A DNA stretch of 64,000 nt, taken from positions 32,001-96,000 of the IMG/VR virus record IMGVR_UViG_3300046791_000499; one strand, written 5' to 3'. Position numbers and translations under genes: made by a program. This document shows positions 8,837 to 18,919 of this stretch, in pieces. How positions within the stretch are numbered: the first letter of the stretch is position 1; the number at the start of each line of letters is the position of its first letter. Below the pieces are notes generated by a model. The model had not been told where the DNA came from. It worked only from the letters and a program-made list of their open reading frames with translations, and ran no database searches. Origin of the DNA: a virus.

Positions 8837-10573
8837 ATGGTTGGCGGAACCCAAGCTGGCTGCGTCTACGATCCGAGGCCGTGTTCGTACGCGGACTGCC
8901 GCAAGCGCGTGCGCATGCCGACTGGGATCTGCGAGGGCTGCGGTGCTCGATTTCTCCGGCCCCAGCCTGGGCCCCAAGAACAGTTCCTCGAGTGCGAGGC
9001 CGACATCGTCCTCTTCGGCGGTGGGATTGGAAGTGGCAAGTCGATGGCGCTCCTGCTCGACGCGGGCTGCTACCAAGATCGACCTGGCTGGGTCGGAGCA
9101 ATCTTCCGCCACAACCACAAGGACTTGAAGGGCTCGCCGGGCGTCTTCGCCAAGGCGCGGAAGATGTATGGCGACTCGACCGAGCGCAGGTCTGGTCGAT
9201 CTCGGAAGCAACTCAACAAGAACGAGCAGGTCCGGTTCCGCGAATCGTCTCCGCTCGATCTCCGTTGGCCGGGCGGCGCGACGCTCGAGTTCCGCCATCT
9301 CGACGAAGAGAACTACCTCGACTACCAGGGCCTCGAGTACGCGTGGATCGGGCTCGAGGAGGCGACGCACTACGAGTGGCATTGGGTCCGGTACCTGATC
9401 ACGCGGCTCCGCACGGACTCAGGTGTTCGGACCCTCGTGCGCATGACATGCAACCCGGACCGGAACCACTGGCTGCGCGCGTGGGTGGACTGGTACCTGC
9501 TCCCGAACGGCTACCCGGACCGATCGAAGTCCGGCGTGATCCGGTACCTGGCGATCAAGGCGGGCACCGACGAGATCATTTGGGCGGGCACGCGTGAGGA
9601 GTGTGCGACGTTGGCCGGTCGCGAGCCCGAGGAGGTCATGTCCTTCTCGTACATCGCTGCCCTGTTCGACGACAACGTGATCCTGAAAGCGCTGGATCCC
9701 GGGTACGTCGCCAAGCAGGCGATGGCCGGAGCGGTCGATGAGGAACGCCTCCGTCACGGCAACTGGAATGCCAGCCACGACATCGGCGGGATGCTTCGCC
9801 GGGATCGTTGGGGTGGGGCCGAAGGGCAGCTCCGAAAGCCGCTCGCGCAGATCGTCAAATGGATCCGCCCGTGGGACAAGGCCGCCAGCAAACCGAGCGA
9901 TGCCTATCCAAACCCGGACTTCACCGCGGGCCCGCTCATGGGCTGGGACGTGCACGGCCGCTTCTACATCGCCGGGCTCGCTGCCTGCCGCGACGACGCA
10001 CCCGAGGTCACGACGCTGCAGCAGCGGACGGCAACGCTCGACGGCAAGCAGGTCACGCAGTGCGCCAAGCTCGGACCGAGCGACACCGGGAAAGCTGACC
10101 TCCTGACGAGCAAGAAGTCGCTCGCCATGGGAGGCGGTCCCGTCGTCGTCGCCAAGGATCGAGCGAGCAAGCCCGTCCGTGTCCAGCCCATGGCCGACGC
10201 TCTCGCGTGGGGGATGCGAGGCGACGTGGCAGCCGCGTCGGCCGACGACCCCGGGCAGTGGCTACCTCGTGGCTGGATCCTCAACCCGGATCCAGAGACC
10301 GCGGCCGAACTCGGGATCCCGCACTGCGCCGACTGGTTCAATCAGCCCTACAAGGACAGCGTGAACGAGACAGGCAAAGGCAAGGGGTCGCCGCCCGCAA
10401 CACTGGGAGATCTGTTCTGGTCGCAGACCGAGCCGTTCTTCGATCCCAAAGAGAAGAAGAAAGACGACATCCCAGACGCGATGGGCGATGGCTACTCCAA
10501 GTTGGCCGCGCCCCCACCGAAGCAACAGGAGAGCCCGCTCGAGCGGTGGCAGCGGTTCACCAAGGGCGACTAG
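8837..10573 (+). CDS. terL: terminase large subunit
   Basis: PQPGPQ..FL, Walker A GGGIGSGKS, Walker B IGLEEAT, motif C TCNP, nuclease WDKAAS..PDFTAG and KDDIPDA. Confidence 0.88.
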   Translation: MVGGTQAGCVYDPRPCSYADCRKRVRMPTGICEGCGARFLRPQPGPQEQFLECEADIVLFGGGIGSGKSMALLLDAGCYQDRPGWVGAIFRHNHKDLKGSPGVFAKARKMYGDSTERRSGRSRKQLNKNEQVRFRESSPLDLRWPGGATLEFRHLDEENYLDYQGLEYAWIGLEEATHYEWHWVRYLITRLRTDSGVRTLVRMTCNPDRNHWLRAWVDWYLLPNGYPDRSKSGVIRYLAIKAGTDEIIWAGTREECATLAGREPEEVMSFSYIAALFDDNVILKALDPGYVAKQAMAGAVDEERLRHGNWNASHDIGGMLRRDRWGGAEGQLRKPLAQIVKWIRPWDKAASKPSDAYPNPDFTAGPLMGWDVHGRFYIAGLAACRDDAPEVTTLQQRTATLDGKQVTQCAKLGPSDTGKADLLTSKKSLAMGGGPVVVAKDRASKPVRVQPMADALAWGMRGDVAAASADDPGQWLPRGWILNPDPETAAELGIPHCADWFNQPYKDSVNETGKGKGSPPATLGDLFWSQTEPFFDPKEKKKDDIPDAMGDGYSKLAAPPPKQQESPLERWQRFTKGD

Positions 10574-10791
10574 TCCTTGATGTCCAGCAGCTTGCGTGTG
10601 AAGGCGTGAAGTTCGGTCACCACGAGACGACGGCATCGCATCTCAGCGACGTGGACATCGGGGTCGCTGACGTTCGGCGTCACGCTGATCACACCGCGAA
10701 AGTGTCGGCACGCGTTGACGAGCGATTCCACGTCGTCATCTCGCATGTCGTGGTCGAGCACCAGGGTGAGGCTGTGGATCCTGTCGGTCAT
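10570..10791 (-). CDS. hypothetical phage protein
   Basis: Compact ORF with ATGA overlap and GGAGG RBS. Confidence 0.6.
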   Translation of the reverse strand: MTDRIHSLTLVLDHDMRDDDVESLVNACRHFRGVISVTPNVSDPDVHVAEMRCRRLVVTELHAFTRKLLDIKD

Positions 10792-11249
10792 GCGGCCTCC
10801 TCATCTGCGAGTTTGCTCAGCCGTTCGATGATGGTCCTGAACACCCGGCCGATCTCGAACTGCGCGAGCGGCCGGCTCGAATGCCACTCCAGCAAGACAC
10901 GCCCATCCTGGCCGGAGCCGACATCTGTCAACGACGCCGTCCACTGACCACGGCGCCCGAGGGTCTTACCGGTCACGTGCAGGACATCTGCGGTGGCCGA
11001 TGTCAGCCCGATCGGATCCTTGGCGTCGGGGCATTTTACCAGTAGTTGGATGGCGACGCGGCCCCACTCGGAGGCCGTCAACGCCACGGACTCGGGCTCA
11101 TCGTCTTCGCCGGGTTGGTCGTCATCCTCGGGCTCAGCCGGGAGCACCCGGAACGTGTAGCCTTCCTTCTCGGCGACGAGCACAACCCGCTGACCATCCT
11201 CGGTGGTGAGCAGGTCGATCGGTGGTGGGGTCGGCTTCGAGCGGGCCAT
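10788..11249 (-). CDS. hypothetical protein
   Basis: ORF coupled to the downstream gene; typical codon bias. Confidence 0.55.
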   Translation of the reverse strand: MARSKPTPPPIDLLTTEDGQRVVLVAEKEGYTFRVLPAEPEDDDQPGEDDEPESVALTASEWGRVAIQLLVKCPDAKDPIGLTSATADVLHVTGKTLGRRGQWTASLTDVGSGQDGRVLLEWHSSRPLAQFEIGRVFRTIIERLSKLADEEAA

Positions 11250-11469
11250 GCGAGCACGACCAGGCTGCCGGCCGTCTCATTCCTGGATCATCCTCGGTAG
11301 TCTTCTCGGGCACGAACGACCGGCCAATAATCGGGCCGAAACAATGGCACGCGATCCCAATGCTGGACCGGACATGCACAACTCGCAGCGAGCAGTTCCC
11401 ACCTGCCGCCACGTAGCCTGCGCCACGTCTTGAGATCGGAGAGTAAACAATCGAGTAGGAACACCTGGT

Positions 11470-13254
11470 TCACCTTCGGACCGCGAGGAGAATCACGACA
11501 ACGATCGAGGAACCGGCAAAGGCGTGCTCGATCGGCTCGCTCCACGTGAGATCGAACCCGGGTAGCATCAACCTGCTCGGAGCCCCCGAGGGCAGGATGG
11601 CGACGAGCCGCGAGCCCAACCCACGATCATCGCGCATCCAAACGGGGTCAAGAGGTAACGACGCCAGCATCTCCGCGGCGTACTGGACGTGCGCCTCCCA
11701 CTGAGCGCGATCGAAGGGCGGGTTCATGACCACGACCGTCGGCTCGACCTTGATGCGCGACACCTTCAAGAAGTCGTCTTCGATGACCGCGAAGCCCTTG
11801 GAGCGCAGCACGGTGCAATGCAGCGCGCTGACTTCGATGCAGGTCGTCTGCCCGCGCGGCAGCAGCTCGGCGATCGCACCTTGGCCAGCGCTGGGCTCGA
11901 GCACGATGTCATCGGGGCCGATGCCGGCAAGCTCAACCATGCGCGCCGCGAGGCTTGGCGGGGTTGGGTAATACTGGTGCGCCTTCGTATCTGGCACGCA
12001 CCCAGACGCCACGATTTCACGCAGCGCATCCCCAGGGTTGTAGTCGAACTTGAAGGCCCCAAGGTGCGGCCCACGGGCGTGGACCGGGATGCCTCCGATC
12101 GACGCGATGACCTGGTCGACCTCGGCGCGGACGTGCTTGTCCAAGTCGGACCAGCCGTAGCCGAACGTCCAATTCCCACGCTGCCCGCTCCGCTCGATCC
12201 CATCGAGCACTTGGAGCACGGCGAAGGGCAGGGGTCGCGTCACGAGTTGGACCGTGTGCTTGACCTTGGCGTGGCCTCGCTTCGGCCGCGTGCACTGCGA
12301 CTCCGGGATCGCACCGGGATGCAGGTAGGCCAGCACGGCATTCAACCGCCACGCGATCTCGTCGTGGATGCGTACGTGCATCGTGCCGCACTTGTGGCCC
12401 TTGACCTCGATCGCTCCGCCGTCGACCGTGACCCACTCGCCGCGCCTGTACTGCCGGGCGTAGTCGATCAGACGGCTGGTCAACTGGCGCACGGTGTGGC
12501 CGCCTTCGCCGACGTCATCTCGACCCATGAACCTGGCGACCACGACCCGCAGATCGGTGAGGGTTCCGATGCGCGACTGCGAACTGAACCCGAAGCTATC
12601 AAAGACGTAGTTGAGGATCAGCTTGCTGCGGAAACCGCTCGGCAGGTTCGTCTTGTGCGCGGGCGAGAGCGCTTCAAAGATGCCGTCAACGCGCTCGGCG
12701 AAGAACGTGTGGCGCGACCCGAGTAGGTCGGCGAACGTGCCCTGGATCGTCTCCTCGGTGAAGTCCGGGATGCGAACCCACACGGTCTTGGGCTCGAGGT
12801 CGTCTTCGTCATCTTCGTCGCGAGAAGTCGGGATCACCGGCTCCTTCGTGCCGCGCTCGCTGATCATGTTGTGCCACGCTGTCCGCCGCTTCTGCGGCAT
12901 CGTGTCCAAGATGTCGCTGGATTGCATGAGGCGCGACCAGTAGTCGGCGTTCAAGGCATCGATCGCGCCATCCAACTTGAACAGGATCCCGGCTACATGC
13001 TCCCCGGAGTAGCGCTCGTTCGCTTCGTTACCATCGATGAAGTACGGCAGGCATGAGCGGGTCTTGGCGTCAGCGAAGATTCCAGCGACGCGTTCGAGCA
13101 AGGCACGCGCAGCGCGGTATTCGATCAGTAGCGAGACGGCCGGCGCTGGGTCGACGGGCGCGAACAGGTCCTCGAACGAATCGGCGAGACCGGTGCGCGT
13201 GACCGCCAGGGCTGTGCTCGGGCCATGCCCTTGGGCTGGATCCAGCGCGTTCAT
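11470..13254 (-). CDS. DUF4942-associated N6-adenine methyltransferase
   Basis: FFAERVDGIF..LS..HKTN..GF, HKCGTMHV, AWRLNAVLAYLHP..IP, QYYPTP, VLEPSAGQG, VVMNPPF. Confidence 0.85.
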   Translation of the reverse strand: MNALDPAQGHGPSTALAVTRTGLADSFEDLFAPVDPAPAVSLLIEYRAARALLERVAGIFADAKTRSCLPYFIDGNEANERYSGEHVAGILFKLDGAIDALNADYWSRLMQSSDILDTMPQKRRTAWHNMISERGTKEPVIPTSRDEDDEDDLEPKTVWVRIPDFTEETIQGTFADLLGSRHTFFAERVDGIFEALSPAHKTNLPSGFRSKLILNYVFDSFGFSSQSRIGTLTDLRVVVARFMGRDDVGEGGHTVRQLTSRLIDYARQYRRGEWVTVDGGAIEVKGHKCGTMHVRIHDEIAWRLNAVLAYLHPGAIPESQCTRPKRGHAKVKHTVQLVTRPLPFAVLQVLDGIERSGQRGNWTFGYGWSDLDKHVRAEVDQVIASIGGIPVHARGPHLGAFKFDYNPGDALREIVASGCVPDTKAHQYYPTPPSLAARMVELAGIGPDDIVLEPSAGQGAIAELLPRGQTTCIEVSALHCTVLRSKGFAVIEDDFLKVSRIKVEPTVVVMNPPFDRAQWEAHVQYAAEMLASLPLDPVWMRDDRGLGSRLVAILPSGAPSRLMLPGFDLTWSEPIEHAFAGSSIVVVILLAVRR

Positions 13255-13329
13255 GAGACACCAACCACGCCGGCCTGCAGGATCTTCCCGGTTCGGGAAT
13301 GCCGACGCCCTCGGCCTGGTCGGTGCGGC

Positions 13330-13719
13330 ATGCCCACGCCGTACCTCATCGACTCCATCCACGGGTTCATCCGTGCGTTCGGGGAAGCATCAGACAACCA
13401 ACTGGCCGCGGCGCTCTCCAAGAAGTGTGCGGAGTTTCCACCGGATGCCAGCCTGGACGACTCGCTCGTGTTCCTGCGTGACCTACGAGACGAGTGCGTG
13501 TTCATCGGAGGCGCCAGCCACTTCATGATGACGGCGATCGCCATCCTCGTGGAAGGCTACCCCGAGACCGAGGAGGCCATGAACGCACGGCGCACCGCGC
13601 TCGACGAGCGGCACGGCGGGGCGATGGGGTGGAACGCGGGGCACTGCTTCCACGCACCCGGCCTCGCCTCGTTCATCGCTTCCGTGGACCCAATCGAAGA
13701 GGATCCAGACCCATGCTGA
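13330..13719 (+). CDS. hypothetical protein
   Basis: First of a 3-gene plus-strand block with overlapping ends. Confidence 0.5.
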   Translation: MPTPYLIDSIHGFIRAFGEASDNQLAAALSKKCAEFPPDASLDDSLVFLRDLRDECVFIGGASHFMMTAIAILVEGYPETEEAMNARRTALDERHGGAMGWNAGHCFHAPGLASFIASVDPIEEDPDPC

Positions 13720-13988
13720 CGCTCGACCAACGCCGGACCCTGACCGCGATCGTCGATGCTGACGTGGTCGAGTCGATCCACGAACTGCCGATCCTGATCC
13801 TTGCGCAATGGACCTCGGCGCAGTCGAAGGTGTTCGACGTCGTTGGCGGGAACACCCAGCACGGCCACGAAGGCCGGCTCGTGATCATCCACGGCGACGG
13901 CACGGGGCACGTGTTCGACTACCTCTACGACGAGCACGAAGACGTGAGGCGCTACACCCGGGTCGAGCGATTGGAGCCGGCGCCATGA
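13713..13988 (+). CDS. hypothetical protein
   Basis: GAGG RBS; ATGA overlap with the next gene. Confidence 0.55.
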   Translation: MLTLDQRRTLTAIVDADVVESIHELPILILAQWTSAQSKVFDVVGGNTQHGHEGRLVIIHGDGTGHVFDYLYDEHEDVRRYTRVERLEPAP

Positions 13989-14467
13989 TCGATGATGCAG
14001 CGTGGGCGGCCGAGATCGCGGATCGGATCGCGGGGAAGCTGACGGAGGTTCGGCCGTGCACGTTGTGCCTCAAGTGCCGGCGGCGCGATTGCCCTCGCTG
14101 CCGTGGGACCGAGCATCTGCCCGTGCCAGCGCTCGACTACACGACCACGCAGCAGTTCGTGCACGCCGTCCGCCAGCGCACGGTCGCAGCCGACAAGCCC
14201 GCGGCCGCGTTCATCTTGGTGGCCGATCACGTCTTCGCCGAGCTGCTCGAGGATCGGGTCGCCGACCGAATGCTCGGGGTGGCCGGCGTCAAGAAGGTCG
14301 ACTCGGAGACCGCTCATCTTCGTCACGCCGAGGGCAAGTTCGCGGAGGCGCTCCGGTTCATCAACCGCACCAGGGTCACCGTCCAGCGCCCGCTCGTGCC
14401 CTCGGTGGCGGGCTGGTCGATCGACGACGTGTTCCTCGAAGCCTACCGGCTTGGGTGGAAGCCATGA
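13985..14467 (+). CDS. Zn-finger hypothetical protein
   Basis: CTLCLKC..CPRCRG motif. Confidence 0.55.
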   Translation: MIDDAAWAAEIADRIAGKLTEVRPCTLCLKCRRRDCPRCRGTEHLPVPALDYTTTQQFVHAVRQRTVAADKPAAAFILVADHVFAELLEDRVADRMLGVAGVKKVDSETAHLRHAEGKFAEALRFINRTRVTVQRPLVPSVAGWSIDDVFLEAYRLGWKP

Positions 14468-15196
14468 TCAGAACCCATTCAGCCAGCGCCACGCCTTGAC
14501 GATGATCTCGGCATGGCATGGCAGCGGCCAGCACGTGCACCCGAGAAAGCTGTCTAGCTTGATCGCGTGGATGGCCGCGAGCACGCGCGGATCCTTGGCC
14601 TCGATCCGATCCCACAGCCAGCGGCGATACTGCCCGAGCACGGCTGCTGCCTGGCCTTCGCGCGGCTTCTCGGGGTCGAGCCTGAACTGGTTGCCGAGCG
14701 GTGATGGTCCGCCCAAGTCGCGTGACCGCCCGACGTAGATCAGGCCGGGTGGGCGTTCCTGATCGGCGCGCCATGGATGATGCATGTTCCAGATCACGGG
14801 CTCGCGGACGGGCTTGATGTCGACGATCTCGAGGTCCAGGTCGTAGGCTTGGCTGCGGCAGTTCGCCGTACCTGGTCCACCCTGGAACGGGAACAGCACA
14901 TGCCCGCGATGGCCGAGCGTCCGGCCCTTCGCCCCCGGCGTCGTGCCCTCGATCATCGTGCCGTTGCGGACGAACCCGGCACGCTTGCCGAGGCCCTTCC
15001 AATTCGCCGGGTGCTTCTCGACCTCGGCGACACCGCGAGATCGGATGTAGCCTTGGGCGATCCGGTCGACGCCCGTACGGCAGTCGCCGTCGCGCAGATC
15101 GGTGACGTTGAAGCGCCAGCAGTCGTATGCCAGTTGCTCGAGTTCGGCGAGGGTCGGCCAGTGCTCGCGTCCACCGGTGACGATGCCGATGATCAC
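14468..15196 (-). CDS. SLOG (YspA/DUF2493-like) plus DUF4326 fusion protein
   Basis: N-terminal IVTGGR..GDCRTGVD..HPANWK..AGFVRN..M..GGPGT; C-terminal IYVGR..SPLGNQF..YRRWL..LGCTCWPLPCHAEII. Confidence 0.8.
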   Translation of the reverse strand: MIIGIVTGGREHWPTLAELEQLAYDCWRFNVTDLRDGDCRTGVDRIAQGYIRSRGVAEVEKHPANWKGLGKRAGFVRNGTMIEGTTPGAKGRTLGHRGHVLFPFQGGPGTANCRSQAYDLDLEIVDIKPVREPVIWNMHHPWRADQERPPGLIYVGRSRDLGGPSPLGNQFRLDPEKPREGQAAAVLGQYRRWLWDRIEAKDPRVLAAIHAIKLDSFLGCTCWPLPCHAEIIVKAWRWLNGF

Positions 15197-15543
15197 TCGT
15201 CGTCGTCCGTCGGCTGGCCGAAAGCAGCGACCACCGGCTCGACCGCCGCGCGGATCTTGTCCTGCAGATCTGTCAGCTTGTCCTCAACGAACTGGCGCAG
15301 GGCGGTTTGCTTCGCGCGCTCGAACGCATCGGTCAGGCGGTCGTCGAGAAAACCGAACGCGAACGGTTCGCCTTCGATCACGATGCGCAGATCCATGAGC
15401 CCACCGCGAGCCTTCGCTTGGGCGAGGATGCGATCCCTGGTCTCGCGGTCCATCTGCCCCACGACGTGCATCACCAGGTGCCCGAGCAGCGATTGGCTCC
15501 TGGCGATCGTGTCGGTGCGCACCAAGAACATCTCGTCGCTCAT
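15193..15543 (-). CDS. hypothetical protein
   Basis: Coupled ORF in a minus-strand operon. Confidence 0.55.
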   Translation of the reverse strand: MSDEMFLVRTDTIARSQSLLGHLVMHVVGQMDRETRDRILAQAKARGGLMDLRIVIEGEPFAFGFLDDRLTDAFERAKQTALRQFVEDKLTDLQDKIRAAVEPVVAAFGQPTDDDE

Positions 15544-16001
15544 GGCCGCGCACCCCTGCTGCGCACGATGTCCTGCACGATGAGCAGGCCGCCACCGTCC
15601 CACCGCTCGGCTGTTGCCGTGTGATGCTCGGCCGGAACAGTGCCCGCGATCTCAGCAATGATCTCCAACCCCGGACGTTCGTCGAACTTCACGATGCAGC
15701 CATGCTGCGGGAGCAGCTCGCTGTCCCTTCGTAGGACCCGGACGATCTCTGCGGCCGCGTACTCGACCAGGCCGCTGAGCCAGACGTGCTCGCCGTCGCG
15801 CAGCCAGTGCACGTTGCCGGCCGCCTCTCCCCGCGGTTGCCAGCCGTTGGCGGCCATCCACGCGAAGAACTTGGCCTTGGCACCCTCGCAGCGGAAGGTG
15901 AGCCCGAGCAGTTCGGCGTCGCGCTCGGTGACCACGTGATCATCCCAGTCCTCGGGGTCCATGGCGGCGCGGATCTGGTCGATGGTGAGCGGGATGATCA
16001 T
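15540..16001 (-). CDS. hypothetical protein
   Basis: Coupled ORF (ATGA overlap). Confidence 0.55.
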   Translation of the reverse strand: MIIPLTIDQIRAAMDPEDWDDHVVTERDAELLGLTFRCEGAKAKFFAWMAANGWQPRGEAAGNVHWLRDGEHVWLSGLVEYAAAEIVRVLRRDSELLPQHGCIVKFDERPGLEIIAEIAGTVPAEHHTATAERWDGGGLLIVQDIVRSRGARP

Positions 16002-16040
16002 GGCAGCGGCGACCACCCGCGGCGACCGGGCATTCCCGGG

Positions 16041-16685
16041 CTACGCGAACAGCGGCCGTTGCCGGGTCTCAGCCGCGATGCGTCGGTCGATCACCGGCCA
16101 CCATTGCTTGTCGCATTCGACCACGGTCACGTCGCGACCGCACCCGTCAGCGGCCACCGCCGTTGAGCCCGAGCCGCCGAACATGTCGAGCACAGGACCA
16201 GGCGGGGCAGCGTCGAGGATCTGCTGCAGGAGCGGGACCGGTTTCTGGTGCGGGTGGTGCTTCGCTCCGTCCGAGTAGTAGGGAGGCGCGATGTCGAGGA
16301 TCGGGCTCATCCTCCCGGCCCCGTCGCGGTTCCATGATCCGTACAGGTGGATGACCTCGAGCCCCTGCCACCATGGGAAGTCGACGTCTCCACCGCCGGA
16401 TTGCCCGCCCTTGTCCCACACCAGCATGCCAGCAGGCTTGCCCCACACGGGGATCCGCCACGAGCCGAACACCGCCGCGGGTCGGTCACCCCACCACTCG
16501 AGCGCGGCGTCGCGGGCTGCGGTGTTCTGGTCGCCGACGATCTCGACGCCCTTGAACTTCACCCTCGGGATCGAGCCGCTCTTGTGCGCCTGGCCGTATG
16601 GCGGATCGATGAGCAGCAAGCCCCATCGGCGTGGGTCCTGCGTCAGCATCCACGTGAGGGCGTCGGCGCGGACGACCTCGATCAT
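16041..16685 (-). CDS. beta-class N6/N4 DNA methyltransferase
   Basis: LLLIDPPYG, LVWDK, HPHQKPVPLL, VLDMFGGSGST. Confidence 0.85.
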   Translation of the reverse strand: MIEVVRADALTWMLTQDPRRWGLLLIDPPYGQAHKSGSIPRVKFKGVEIVGDQNTAARDAALEWWGDRPAAVFGSWRIPVWGKPAGMLVWDKGGQSGGGDVDFPWWQGLEVIHLYGSWNRDGAGRMSPILDIAPPYYSDGAKHHPHQKPVPLLQQILDAAPPGPVLDMFGGSGSTAVAADGCGRDVTVVECDKQWWPVIDRRIAAETRQRPLFA

Positions 16686-17239
16686 CGGTCCCACGCGCTT
16701 GGTTCTGGCGGTGGCGTGCGGCTGACCTCGGCCGCCCACGTGATGATGAGCTTGCCGTCCCAGCGCTTCGGCGCCAGTTCGGGTATCTCGCGAGCGCGCC
16801 ACGCCGGCCACGGAGACCAGATCGCGGGGATGTTGATATCGCCGACCCACAGCATCGTCACGGGGTCTTGGCCGGTCGGGTGGATCGTCGCGCGGTCGAC
16901 CGCAACGCAGTGCCGGTACTTGGCGGCGGCGCGTGGGATCTCGTTCCACGGCCCGCTGAATTGCAGCATGAGCACGAGCCTCGGACCGGGCGTCTTCCAC
17001 GACTCGAACACGTCTTTGTTCGGACGGGTCCACGTGCGGTGTGTCTTCGTGCCCGACCGACGGATCGCATCGCGCAGTTTGGTGATCGTGCAATAGCCGG
17101 GGAACGGGGCGAAGGCATCGCGCAGATCGTTGACGCGCTCGAGGTCGAGCGCCGCGGCCAAGGCAGTCGGCGCACACGTGGCCTTCCACTCGTCATAGGC
17201 TTGGTCGAGGTCGACGATGTTGCGGAGTTGTCCTGGCAT
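16682..17239 (-). CDS. putative papain-fold (C39-like) cysteine peptidase
   Basis: TCAPTALAAAL (Cys), RHCVAVD (His), VGDIN (Asp) in the expected order. Confidence 0.45.
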   Translation of the reverse strand: MPGQLRNIVDLDQAYDEWKATCAPTALAAALDLERVNDLRDAFAPFPGYCTITKLRDAIRRSGTKTHRTWTRPNKDVFESWKTPGPRLVLMLQFSGPWNEIPRAAAKYRHCVAVDRATIHPTGQDPVTMLWVGDINIPAIWSPWPAWRAREIPELAPKRWDGKLIITWAAEVSRTPPPEPSAWDR

Positions 17240-17276
17240 GGCTATCCACCCTTGTTGGCGGCGTTCTCGGCGATCA

Positions 17277-17582
17277 TCAGGCCCGACGCCTTCGCTTCGG
17301 CTCCGGTTCTTCCGGCAGCTTCAACAGTTGGATCTCGGCCTCGGTCGGGCGCCAGTCCGAGGGCGGTTGTTGCCCCCACAGGCGGAGGCCAGGCATGCGC
17401 TTCATCGCCTCGTTCCATCCGTGCGTCTCGATCGCGTGCGCGATTGTGGCGGTCGTGGCTTCGGCCAAGGACATCGCTGGCATCACCATCTCGGGATCGT
17501 AGCCGCAGCCGTGGTGCCGCAGCGATCCACAGCCAGGGCATTGACGGTCGAGCTCGATCGGCAGTTGCTCGCCGTCCGTCAC
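17277..17582 (-). CDS. hypothetical protein with CPGCG motif
   Basis: GTGA overlap with the upstream MTase. Confidence 0.5.
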   Translation of the reverse strand: MTDGEQLPIELDRQCPGCGSLRHHGCGYDPEMVMPAMSLAEATTATIAHAIETHGWNEAMKRMPGLRLWGQQPPSDWRPTEAEIQLLKLPEEPEPKRRRRA

Positions 17583-18325
17583 CCTCGATTGCTCCTCGCC
17601 CGCTTGGCCTTGCCGGTGGGCAGCTCGAACACCAAGAAGTAGGAGTGGTTCTTGCGGGCGTGGACCTGCTTGCTGAGCAGCCGGCTCACGCCCGGCGCGT
17701 TGCTGCGCACGAGCACGAACAGGTCCTTGCAGTAGAAGCCCATGGCCTCGTAGGCGGTGACGATCTCGACGTGGGTCAACCGCTGGGTGTTCGAGCTGAC
17801 TTCGTCCTGGCACTTCACGATCAACTTGCCGCCAGGCCGCAGTACCCGACGAGCCTCTGCCCCGGCGCGCAGGTACAGGTCGACGACGGCCTCGTGATAC
17901 TTGGGTCCGGCTGCGGTCGCGGTGCCGTTCGAGTAGGCGTCCTGGAACGCAGCGTGCGAGCCAGAGCCCGCAAGCTGCTTGGTCTTGGCCCGGAAGAACC
18001 CCTCCATGTATGGCGGGTCGAGCACGACGCAGTCCATGACCGAGTCGAGGTACGGCAGGTCTCGGCAGTCGACGGGGTGCTCGTAGTAGATCACGCGCTC
18101 GTCGCGAGCCTTGACGTCGAGCGCGAGGTCAGAGGCTCGCAGGTTGTAGGTGCCCGATGGGATGCCCTTCCAGAACACCCCACGGCCGTGCGTGACGTCG
18201 GCAACATCGCTGCCGGCAGGAACGTGGAGCGCCATGATCTCGGCGAACAGTTCGGCGTTCTGCCCGACGCGAGCCGAGAGCACGAGGTCTGTCGACGGCT
18301 GGCCGCCTTGCTTGCGCTTCACCAT
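17579..18325 (-). CDS. amino (N6/N4) DNA methyltransferase
   Basis: [56 protein letters not shown]. Confidence 0.8.
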   Translation of the reverse strand: MVKRKQGGQPSTDLVLSARVGQNAELFAEIMALHVPAGSDVADVTHGRGVFWKGIPSGTYNLRASDLALDVKARDERVIYYEHPVDCRDLPYLDSVMDCVVLDPPYMEGFFRAKTKQLAGSGSHAAFQDAYSNGTATAAGPKYHEAVVDLYLRAGAEARRVLRPGGKLIVKCQDEVSSNTQRLTHVEIVTAYEAMGFYCKDLFVLVRSNAPGVSRLLSKQVHARKNHSYFLVFELPTGKAKRARSNRG

Positions 18326-18895
18326 CTACTTGCCCCGCGGGATCTCGGCCAGGGTCGTGCTCGCCATGGCATGCCACTCGCCGAACAGTGAGATCTCGTC
18401 GGGGCCTTCGCCGCGCGAGGTCGCGGTAGCGAACCCGTCCCACAGCCACTGACCTGGCCGGTGACCTGGCCGGAGGTAGAGCGGGCGCGGATCTTCGGGG
18501 ACACCGAACTGGCCCGACTCTTTGAGCAGTTCGATCGGCGTCTGGCGCATCGCGCCAAGCAGGCCATCGTCCTCGATGTCGAGGCATGTCGCTCGGCTGG
18601 GCGTGTGCATCCAGACAAGGATACGCACACGGGTCCGGGTCACGACCGGCTCTACCGCGATCTCGGGCGCGTCGGCCAACGCCGCGAAGGCGCGCAACTC
18701 GTCTGTCCCCACCGGAGACTCGCACCCGCTGAGATCGACGGCGCCGCGATGCACGAACACAATCGAGCCGGAGTCGTCGACCCACGTCGTGACCGGTTTC
18801 GGGACGTACGTGTTTGGCTTGAATGACTTGGACCAGCCATACCCAGTGAGGATGCTCGTCGGGTCGGGTTGCTCGTCGGGCGATTGCATGGCCAC
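18326..18895 (-). CDS. hypothetical protein
   Basis: ORF filling the operon gap; typical codon bias. Confidence 0.5.
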   Translation of the reverse strand: MAMQSPDEQPDPTSILTGYGWSKSFKPNTYVPKPVTTWVDDSGSIVFVHRGAVDLSGCESPVGTDELRAFAALADAPEIAVEPVVTRTRVRILVWMHTPSRATCLDIEDDGLLGAMRQTPIELLKESGQFGVPEDPRPLYLRPGHRPGQWLWDGFATATSRGEGPDEISLFGEWHAMASTTLAEIPRGK

Positions 18896-18919
18896 CGAAC
18901 TACTGCGGTTCTTGCGGGC

